Of a stretch of 32,000 bases of DNA, positions 8,142-14,015 are shown one piece after another (positions within the stretch are counted from its first letter, which is position 1; every line of letters starts with the position of its first letter). Both the position numbers and the translations under genes were made by a program. A model generated the notes under the pieces. It was not told where the DNA came from, ran no database searches, and worked only from the letters and a program-made list of their open reading frames with translations. This DNA is from an uncultured Eubacteriales bacterium (GTDB lineage Bacteria > Bacillota > Clostridia > Oscillospirales > Oscillospiraceae): positions 1-32,000 of the forward strand of contig ONGJ01000022.1 in the NCBI GenBank assembly GCA_900317375.1, written 5' to 3'.

Positions 8142-8175
8142 ATGCTTGTACTATTATATAAAGGAGCTGTTTCCT

Positions 8176-8376
8176 ATGGAAAAGGCAGAAAAATCAGCAT
8201 ATAGAAATAGTTGGATTGCAGAAAAACTAGATAGAATTAATTTTACCATGCCAAAAGGAAAGAAAGAAAAGGTAAAAGAATATGCAGAAAAACAGGGGCT
8301 TTCTTTGAACGCTTATATCAATTTGGCAATTGATGAACGCATGGAAAAAGATGAAAACAGTCCCCCGCCCGGCTGA
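8176..8376 (+). CDS. Ribbon-helix-helix (Arc/CopG-like) DNA-binding protein, 66 aa
   Basis: SD aaggag (8161-8166). The pattern INFTMPKGKKEKVKEYAEKQGLSLNAYINLAIDERM is beta-strand then two helices, typical of RHH. Only the last 66 codons of track ORF 7810..8376 have an SD and start. Confidence 0.65.
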   Translation: MEKAEKSAYRNSWIAEKLDRINFTMPKGKKEKVKEYAEKQGLSLNAYINLAIDERMEKDENSPPPG

Positions 8377-8585
8377 ATCTAACTATATATTGTGCTATGA
8401 TCCCCCATAGGGGCTATATATCGGGCGAAAAAACATAAAAAAGCACGATATACAGTATATCTGGCCGCAAAAATTCCCAAAAGAATATAGGATCTGAAAT
8501 TCGGATTGCCCGGCCCATCACAGCGCAATGAACTATGTCAGAAGATTATCCGCACGCTCTCTCTTCGTGGAACAGAAACGGAAGA

Positions 8586-8623
8586 GACAAAAAGAAACGG
8601 AGGATAGCGATGATTCACTATCC
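8586..8623 (-). terminator. Rho-independent terminator ending the helicase/GIY-YIG operon
   Basis: Minus-strand stem ggatagtg/cgctatcc (8 bp, one G-U), 6-nt loop, followed by tccgtttctttttgtctc. Confidence 0.55.
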
Positions 8624-8632
8624 CCCGTGTTC

Positions 8633-8809
8633 TCAATTTTGGATTTTCGCTAAAGCGTTCCGCATATCGCGTTCGCGCATTTCTTCTTCCGTGTTATTCC
8701 AAACGGCTTGCAGAATCTACCATGGCTTGGCCTCGCTTGGCCGTGACAGCACAGAATCTGCTTCGTCTTCTGGCACCGGTTCAAATAACTGTTCAACTAT
8801 CGTTTCCAT
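8633..8809 (-). CDS. Small ORF (58 codons) with one in-frame TAG
   Basis: ATG 8809 is preceded by gggaggg and overlaps the GIY-YIG 3' end. Translation: METIVEQLFEPVPEDEADSVLSRPSEAKPW-TAG(8717-8719)-ILQAVWNNTEEEMRERDMRNALAKIQN-TGA. Hand-translated base by base. Absent from the ORF track because of the TAG. Confidence 0.35.
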
Positions 8810-9221
8810 TGGCTGCGCCCTCCCGCATTATTTCTTCCAGGGTAATCTCCCGCGCACGGGGATTCACATCAAATCTGTGCCAATCCCCTTCTTTCGGAAT
8901 CTGTTCATTCAGTGGCGGCCGGTATTTTCGGATAAAGTATCCTTCGTTTGCGCCGATCTCTTCAACCATATCCAAATAGTTTGTTCTTTTGGCGTCATAG
9001 ATCGCTTCAAACCGGACGCAGTGTCCTTTCCGCTTGGCTTCGGCCAGTATCCTGTATTTATGATTATCAGGATATTTGATACGGGCATTGTGCTTTGCCA
9101 TCCGCCACATCATATTTCTGCTTTTCCCGATATAGACGATAATCCCGTCAATCGTAATCTGGTAAATTCCAGCATGGTCAAACGCTGGCGCATAGCCGTT
9201 GCGTTTCAACCAGTTGAACAT
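8793..9221 (-). CDS. GIY-YIG nuclease family protein (142 aa)
   Basis: GIYQITIDGIIVYIGKS (GIY...YIG). Downstream NEGYFIRKYRPPLN matches the conserved E...P..N region. No clear SD. Confidence 0.85.
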   Translation of the reverse strand: MFNWLKRNGYAPAFDHAGIYQITIDGIIVYIGKSRNMMWRMAKHNARIKYPDNHKYRILAEAKRKGHCVRFEAIYDAKRTNYLDMVEEIGANEGYFIRKYRPPLNEQIPKEGDWHRFDVNPRAREITLEEIMREGAANGNDS

Positions 9222-9322
9222 ATTCTATGTATAATTCGACAATTCAAGTCGCCTCCATAACTGTATAGTTTCCTGCCAAAATTAGCGCAAATATATATGA
9301 TTGCGTCAAAAATGGCAGGGTT

Positions 9323-10507
9323 TCACACCGTGGGTAGGGAAATAACTGCGTATCGCAGATTATTTCGCCTGTCTTCTTTAACATCATAACCCTGTTCCTT
9401 CAACATTTCTTTAACAGAGGGCCATTTATATTCTTTCCTAAAGTGACTTTTAATTTTGAGTAGTTCACAAAGCCGGTCTTTCCCATCTTTAAAAAGTGGA
9501 GTATCAAGGAAATCGTCAGGGATAATGATTTCTTTCGTGCCATCATTCAAGAGGTACAGTTTTTTCAAATCACTGTTCACCCGTCCTCGCACCTGAACCT
9601 ATGTGTCTGGATTCGTGTTATCCACAATCACATAATCCACCGGGGATTTGATCTTGATACTGGTTTCGGAACTGCTGTTGATGATCAGCAGATTATACGC
9701 TTCGGGTATCCTGTAATCACGCAGAATGGTTTCACGAGCGGTTTTCTGTTCTTCTGTCATAGAATGATCTTCGTTTTTTATGCTCCAAATACAGACAGGG
9801 GATAAACCGTTCTTCTGCGCAAGATCCTGAATCTTTAACATCTTTTTGATACGGGCTGTATAAAACAAGCCGATTTCTCCCGCGCCTATGCCGCTAAGAA
9901 TCTATTCCAAATTGGTATAATAGATAACCTGATCTTCGCTGTAATGAATCAGCTGCTCTTGGTTTATTGGAATCTCCTGCCATGCCATCTATGAATCTTG
10001 CTTGATGATATCCGGGGTTGCAGAGAGAGCTATGACCGTAGTGCGTTCATTTCTTACTGCTGAACGGATACCCATTAGTGCAAGGGAATGATAATTCGGC
10101 TTGGGAGAAAAGGTCTGAAAATGATACAGGCTGTGTAACTCATCACACACGATATAATCGAAATTGCTTTGGAAATCAACAAATTTCTAACAGAGAGAAC
10201 CGAACTTCGCATAGGTTAGAATGACAATGTGCCTGTCATCTTCAAACCATATTTCATCTCTGGCAATGTCCTTTGCCCATCCCCAGTATTCAGAGATCGC
10301 ACTGTAATTTCGTAGAATCTGTTCCTGACCATTGATTGTATCGATCAGGTAGACCACACTATGCAGAGCATTAAATGAAATGGACGGGATATAGTTCAGG
10401 GCAAAATATGTCTTTCCACTTCCAGGCGGCGAGCGGATGATATTCAGTTTTCGTTTCAAAAACGCTTGTTCATCCACAAGCTCAGATAAATACTTTTTGT
10501 CTTTCAC
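9323..10507 (-). pseudogene. SF2 (DExH-type) helicase: single intact frame of 395 codons interrupted by four in-frame TAG codons
   Basis: GTG 10507 overlaps the upstream stop (GTGA). Motif order: SPPGSGKT, TAG 10187-89, YIVCDELH, ALSATP, TAG 9989-91, TAG 9902-04, TAG 9599-01, VQVRGRV, TGA 9323-25. Track ORFs 10187..10507, 9599..9868 and 9323..9592 are all in this one frame. Confidence 0.8.
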
Positions 10508-10968
10508 TTTGAAAGTGTAGATTCAAAACCCATCAGCTTTTTAGGATCGCATGTTTCCCATTCGTAAGGAAGTGTCGTTACATCGTATGGAAGGTCATTG
10601 GCATAATAGCCTGCAAGTTTCCATTGCGTTACAACGCCGTCTTTGATATACAAGTATTCTGCCATGGAACAACTGGGGCAGACGTTATATACTTCTATAC
10701 TCAGGTTTAGCCTGCGCGATTCCTCCAATAGTAAAGAACAGCTCATATCATCAATGTCTTTACCAAAGCTTACGGAAACAAGCAAAGGACAATAACCATC
10801 AAGATAAAGGCAGAATCCCTCTTCAGTATTACGTTCAAAATACCATTCAAAATCTCTAAGCTCTTTATAGGCGGTCCGTTCAGGATGTTCACCATTTAGA
10901 ATCATGTAGAATTCTGCGCAATTGCTTTCTGTTCCTGTAATCTTCATAGAATATAATGTAGTGTTCAC
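10504..10968 (-). CDS. Hypothetical protein (154 aa), translationally coupled to the helicase
   Basis: SD taaggagag lies 8 nt upstream of GTG 10968. The 4-nt overlap GTGA links it to the helicase start. No recognisable motif. Confidence 0.6.
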   Translation of the reverse strand: MNTTLYSMKITGTESNCAEFYMILNGEHPERTAYKELRDFEWYFERNTEEGFCLYLDGYCPLLVSVSFGKDIDDMSCSLLLEESRRLNLSIEVYNVCPSCSMAEYLYIKDGVVTQWKLAGYYANDLPYDVTTLPYEWETCDPKKLMGFESTLSK

Positions 10969-11006
10969 TTTGAAAACTCTCCTTAGTATTTATTTTTTCT
11001 ATATAT

Positions 11007-11035
11007 ATTATAACAAAAATAATTTAAATTTTCAA
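11007..11035 (-). promoter_or_regulatory. Near-consensus promoter for the 154-aa/helicase/GIY-YIG operon
   Basis: Minus strand reads TTGAAA (11030-11035), 17 nt spacer, TATAAT (11007-11012), about 35 nt upstream of GTG 10968. Confidence 0.6.
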
Positions 11036-11071
11036 ATTATTGGCAATTTCATCCTTCTTTATGAACTTTTT

Positions 11072-11108
11072 TGGCAAGATTAAAGCCCCTGCTGTAATTA
11101 GCAGAGGC
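11072..11108 (-). terminator. Terminator after the 179-aa/58-aa/179-aa operon
   Basis: Minus-strand stem gcctctgc/gcaggggc (8 bp, one G-U), 8-nt loop, then tttaatctt. Confidence 0.5.
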
Positions 11109-11134
11109 TTCATCACATATAGTATATTCATATC

Positions 11135-11674
11135 TTAACTCGCTATCTTCTCTGAGTCTGGGGAAATAATGGCCGTATTCTCATTGTCCATATTTGGCTG
11201 TTCACTGTTTTCCTCAAGGAAACTGTGTATGTCAACAGGTGCTACTTCATAACCAAAATAGAACATAGGATTGGTTTTAAACTTTGGAAACTGAGTCAAA
11301 AACCATTTGCTGACAATAGAATAATGGGATTTGGAAATCTTCTTTGATTGTTTCCGCAGAATTCCATAGTTTTCCTTGATCTTTTTGTTGCTTTCCGTAT
11401 TGGGGAGCAGATCAATATATGTATCCATACGATCGTATGTGAGTCCACGGAACTGATTTCTCTTGGTAATAGAACCATTGCGGTTTTTATACTTTTTGGG
11501 AGTCTCATGAGTTCTGCTTTTTAACTTGAGATCCGGAATGTCCTTAATAAGCCGACTATACAATTTGTATGCTTCGCTTTCAGGATCTCTCAACTGCTTG
11601 CTAACCGTAGCCGTAATAATAGCTTCTCTTTTTACAAAATCAATATTAAAACCCTTAACCATTTCAGTACTCAT
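11135..11674 (-). CDS. Hypothetical protein, paralog A (179 aa)
   Basis: SD aaggag upstream. Shares the N-terminal GFNIDFVKR-type motif and the PDLKLKSR...PKK segment with 11902..12441. Confidence 0.65.
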   Translation of the reverse strand: MSTEMVKGFNIDFVKREAIITATVSKQLRDPESEAYKLYSRLIKDIPDLKLKSRTHETPKKYKNRNGSITKRNQFRGLTYDRMDTYIDLLPNTESNKKIKENYGILRKQSKKISKSHYSIVSKWFLTQFPKFKTNPMFYFGYEVAPVDIHSFLEENSEQPNMDNENTAIISPDSEKIAS

Positions 11675-11698
11675 TATTATATATCTCCTTTTTTAAAA

Positions 11699-11875
11699 TT
11701 AAGCAATTCTATCAATGCGAACGTCACAAAAGAACTCTTTGCTTTCCTCAGAGTAGAAGAAACTCCGTTCATAGGCGCTTTCTTCACGATACTGATGGAA
11801 ATTATACCGGCTAGAAACAGAGAAGTAATTGACCTCATAGTCTTCCACATTAAACTTTTCATAAAACTTTTTCAT
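11699..11875 (-). CDS. Small hypothetical protein (58 aa)
   Basis: SD aaggag lies 8 nt upstream of ATG 11875. Translation: MKKFYEKFNVEDYEVNYFSVSSRYNFHQYREESAYERSFFYSEESKEFFCDVRIDRIA*. Preferred over the overlapping track ORF 11677..11862, which has no SD. Confidence 0.45.
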   Translation of the reverse strand: MKKFYEKFNVEDYEVNYFSVSSRYNFHQYREESAYERSFFYSEESKEFFCDVRIDRIA

Positions 11876-11901
11876 TTTCGTTATCTCCTTTTTTTATATT
11901 A

Positions 11902-12441
11902 TTATACATTGACTACACTCGGGTATTCTGCTATTGCCGGTTCAGTGTCGTCCGGCTTATCCGCTTCCGGCTCTTTTTCTGAGCCGGAAGCGCCATCATC
12001 ATTCTTGAGGTGTCTAATCCTGTAGTCTCTTACTACTTTTTCTGCTTCTTTGAAGCTGAATGGGGCATCTTCTGAATCATAGATGGAGTAGAGAGTCTTT
12101 TTAGCCTCAAGTAATCTGGAGAATTTCATGCTCTCTGCGTATTCTATTGTAGCATCAATTTCAGCACGTTTGTTTGTGCCGTCCAGTTCGTCTCGGGCAG
12201 AGAAGTAATCCTTGATAAATTCCACATTGAAACCTTTGTAAGTTTCCTTGGGCTTATCACTTCGCTGGGTAAGTTCCTTGATTTTGAATTTGAAATCAGG
12301 ATGATTCTTGACAAGCTTCATCAGCTCCTCGTAAACCGGGCCAGAGCCCTTGCTTGCAAGGTCAAAACTTGTTTGGGTGCCAACAATCTTCTTGTGGACA
12401 AAATCGAGTGTGAAACGCGCAACAACCTTAGACTTTTTCAT
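11902..12441 (-). CDS. Hypothetical protein, paralog B (179 aa)
   Basis: SD gaaagga upstream. RFTLDFVHK and an internal GFNVEFIKD repeat of the same motif. HPDFKFKIKE...KPKE aligns with paralog A. Acidic C-terminal tail. Confidence 0.65.
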   Translation of the reverse strand: MKKSKVVARFTLDFVHKKIVGTQTSFDLASKGSGPVYEELMKLVKNHPDFKFKIKELTQRSDKPKETYKGFNVEFIKDYFSARDELDGTNKRAEIDATIEYAESMKFSRLLEAKKTLYSIYDSEDAPFSFKEAEKVVRDYRIRHLKNDDGASGSEKEPEADKPDDTEPAIAEYPSVVNV

Positions 12442-12491
12442 TTGAGTATTTCCTTTCTGGTTTTATAGACTTGAACTCGTGTCTTTCTTCT

Positions 12492-12545
12492 GGGGATTTC
12501 GTTCCCCCTCATCTTGGTTTCATGATACCAAACCACCTCCACAAT
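12492..12545. repeat. ~53-bp direct repeat, copy A, with near-palindromic core TTGGTTTCATGATACCAA
   Basis: Shares ccctcatcttgg and atgataccaaa blocks with copy B. ccctcatcttgg is at 12506-12517 here versus 12616-12627 in copy B (110-bp offset). Confidence 0.7.
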
Positions 12546-12602
12546 CTCGTTAGAGAGCTTCAAACTTTTTTCCGATTTTTTCTTGGCTCTCCTTTTTGGA
12601 GA

Positions 12603-12657
12603 AGGGCTTTCGTCTCCCTCATCTTGGCTATATGATACCAAAGGACCCCTCCAATAA
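12603..12657. repeat. ~53-bp direct repeat, copy B
   Basis: agggctttcgtctccctcatcttggctatatgataccaaaggacccctccaataat. By-eye alignment to copy A is roughly 80% identical with a 1-nt indel. Confidence 0.7.
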
Positions 12658-12710
12658 TTGTGTAGGGGTCCGAAAGTTTTTCATCTTTTTTCAGATTTTC
12701 TTTTTTTCTT

Positions 12711-12841
12711 TTGGATGCTCGGTGATGAAAGCATGATGTTCAAAGATGCTCAATGATGCTCCTGGATGATATAAGATGTGAAAAGATGCTCTAAGATGCT
12801 TGAACATGTTCTGAGATGCTTTGAGATGTTTTGAAAGTGCA
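12711..12841. repeat. Array of ~13 tandem 10-bp repeats (consensus wrAGATGCTy), helically phased
   Basis: GATG cores start at 12714, 12724, 12735, 12745, 12755, 12765, 12775, 12785, 12795, (CATG 12805), 12815, 12825, (AGTG 12835). The period is 10 bp with one 11-bp step. It is not a multiple of 3, so the array is non-coding. Confidence 0.85.
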
Positions 12842-12973
12842 CATTCAAACCGTCATAATTCGTTTTCTGGCAGAAAAACGAACAATAAAAAACAGGAAAA
12901 CAGCGGCTTAATGCTGATCCCTGTGCAAAGTTCGTATAAAAGTTAATAAAAGTTCGTATTTTGAAGCTTTTTC

Positions 12974-13002
12974 TTGCTCTTTTCTTCAAAATATGTTATA
13001 AT
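12974..13002 (+). promoter_or_regulatory. Strong extended -10 promoter reading toward the tRNA-like remnants
   Basis: TTGCTC (12974-12979), 17 nt spacer, TGtTATAAT (12994-13002). Confidence 0.5.
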
Positions 13003-13014
13003 ATAGGTAAAGGA

Positions 13015-13050
13015 TTAAGCAGGGTGTCTGGTTTCAATCCAGGCAGGTAA
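13015..13050 (+). other. Degenerate tRNA-like fragment (second copy of ttaagcagggtgtc plus an imperfect T-arm)
   Basis: ttaagcagggtgtc is then followed by tggtttcaatcca, which is T-arm-like with one extra T. It lies exactly 110 bp upstream of the better copy. Confidence 0.35.
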
Positions 13051-13100
13051 ATACGAACAGTAAAACCCAAGCAACACAGGCTTTTTCGGGGCATTTTCGG

Positions 13101-13126
13101 AAACGCGTAAGCGTTTTGTTCCTTTT
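13101..13126 (+). terminator. Small hairpin with T-rich tail
   Basis: aaacgc-gtaa-gcgttt (6-bp stem, GNRA-type loop) followed by tgttcctttt. Confidence 0.35.
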
Positions 13127-13166
13127 AAGCAGGGTGTCCGGGGTTCGAGTCCCCGCTGGAGCACCA
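13122..13166 (+). other. tRNA-Lys(UUU) 3' half (anticodon loop to CCA) lacking a 5' half; probable att remnant
   Basis: Reads as loop CTTTTAA, stem strand GCAGG, variable GTGTC, T-arm CGGGG-TTCGAGT-CCCCG, acceptor strand CTGGAGC, discriminator A, CCA. The complements GCTCCAG and CCTGC required for acceptor and anticodon stems are absent upstream. Confidence 0.6.
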
Positions 13167-13172
13167 TTCCGC

Positions 13173-13215
13173 AAAACCGCTGATTCGTTGAGAATTGGCG
13201 GTTTTCCCTTATTTT
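13173..13215 (+). terminator. Terminator-like hairpin after the tRNA remnant
   Basis: aaaaccgc (13173-13180) pairs with gcggtttt (13198-13205), 17-nt loop, then cccttatttt. Confidence 0.4.
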
Positions 13216-13292
13216 ACTGGGGTTTTCTGTGTTTTTCTGTTCTCTTTTTTGTTCCTCTGTTTCCTCAAAAAAGAGCTCATTTTCGCCCAAAT

Positions 13293-13322
13293 TTACTAAC
13301 AAATTACTAACGGATTACTAAC
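13293..13322. repeat. Three direct copies of TTACTAAC at 11-bp spacing
   Basis: ttactaac at 13293, 13304 and 13315. This is about 130-155 bp beyond the tRNA remnant. Confidence 0.7.
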
Positions 13323-13413
13323 AAGAAGCCCTGGGAAAAGAGATTTGCCGCCACCAACCCCGTAACAGGATTGAGTGGCGGCTCATTGTTTGACGGCTCT
13401 TAACTTTTAAACG

Positions 13414-13749
13414 TCAGTGTTTATTATCGTACTCTTCAGGCGCTTCCATCGGTTTCTCAGTTTCCTTCTCTTCCTTTGGAATCTTGATAACCACATTCTT
13501 CCAAGTCTCATAGACACCGACAGCTCCCCAGCCGGAGACAATGCCGACAGCGATAGCAGTCAGAACATCATGTGCCGGGAACTCAGGCATGACCTTCATC
13601 GCCACAACACCGAGAATGCCACCGACCACGCCGCAGATGACGGGAATCCAGCCTTTGTTGATGGGGGTCAATTTTACAGCCTCACCAACGAGAAAACAAA
13701 TGATCGCAACAACAGGGACTGCGACAATCCCCCAATCAGGCATACTCAT
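13414..13749 (-). CDS. Phage holin family protein (111 aa), orphan
   Basis: SD gaaaggag upstream of ATG 13749 (MSMPDWG). Three hydrophobic segments and a charged C-terminal tail KEEKETEKPMEAPEEYDNKH. Preceded by a start-less fragment ...NFFDAVEKLKKNTELEMNDPEYVDPDDVFLVIDIPG*. Confidence 0.7.
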   Translation of the reverse strand: MSMPDWGIVAVPVVAIICFLVGEAVKLTPINKGWIPVICGVVGGILGVVAMKVMPEFPAHDVLTAIAVGIVSGWGAVGVYETWKNVVIKIPKEEKETEKPMEAPEEYDNKH

Positions 13750-14015
13750 GATTTGTTCTCCTTTCTCAGCCCGGAATATCAATGACCAGAAAAACGTCAT
13801 CCGGGTCAACATATTCCGGATCATTCATCTCAAGCTCTGTGTTTTTCTTGAGCTTTTCAACAGCGTCAAAGAAATTACTACTCAGCAGAGCATGACAGCA
13901 TCGAGGTCACCGTGGCCGGGGACTGCGCAAGCCTGATCGGCAGGAGCCGGGTGCGGCAGTGAATGGCGGGCGCATCTTTTCGGATGCCTGACAGACTGTG
14001 AAAGGAGACCGCATC

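Larger units (their letters stand above)
6234..13166. mobile_element. Putative integrative element or island segment (recombinase at the left end, tRNA-Lys 3' remnant at the right end)
   Basis: Recombinase, phage/ICE-type accessory genes (SprT-like, RHH, GIY-YIG, helicase), repeat arrays and a tRNA 3'-half at the AT-rich/GC-rich boundary. No matching att repeat was found at the left end, so the limits are uncertain. Confidence 0.4.

Noticed and set aside
9222-9227. A TAG two codons upstream and in frame with the GIY-YIG start codon, as a possible sixth recoded TAG.
   Set aside because: The upstream in-frame stretch has no start codon before a TGA at 9306-9308 and does not look protein-like. 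The TAG is most likely a chance occurrence in intergenic DNA.
6402-9260. Plus-strand ORFs 6402..7181, 6848..7054, 6961..7200, 7197..7478, 8535..9260 and 8722..8979, and the N-terminal 122 codons of 7810..8376.
   Set aside because: They are antisense to the recombinase, SprT-like and GIY-YIG genes, which carry catalytic motifs. For 7810..8376, only the last 66 codons have an SD and start and an RHH-like sequence.
9323-10507. Pyrrolysine decoding as the explanation for the in-frame TAGs.
   Set aside because: No pylTSBCD-like genes or PYLIS-like context are visible in this window, and helicases are not known Pyl proteins. It cannot be fully excluded without the whole genome, so it is folded into the suppressor-tRNA check.
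11677-11862. 61-aa track ORF between the two 179-aa paralogs.
   Set aside because: It has no SD. The overlapping frame 11699..11875 has AAGGAG 8 nt upstream of an ATG and a more protein-like sequence.
12438-12641. 67-aa ORF upstream of the 179-aa paralog B.
   Set aside because: It spans the two ~53-bp direct repeats but reads them in different frames because of a 1-nt indel between copies. The product is low-complexity and basic. The region is more likely regulatory DNA.
13009-13166. Considered whether the promoter-driven, CCA-ending tRNA-like region is a tmRNA or a suppressor tRNA that would explain the in-frame TAGs.
   Set aside because: There is no GGGG-type 5' end and no strand complementary to CTGGAGC, so no acceptor stem can form. 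There is no tag-peptide ORF. The 7-nt loop CTTTTAA gives anticodon UUU (Lys), not CUA, so it cannot decode TAG.
12750-13302. Track ORFs 12750..12989 (-), 13015..13302 (-) and 13116..13310 (+).
   Set aside because: They overlap the 10-bp tandem array (period not divisible by 3), the tRNA-like remnants and the terminators. None has an SD, and all have implausible composition.
13880-14015. GC-rich leader upstream of the DUF362 gene, as a possible riboswitch.
   Set aside because: I could not match it to any riboswitch consensus I know (no B12 box and no SAM, TPP or c-di-GMP-like conserved cores). It is more likely the junction between the prophage scar and the chromosome.
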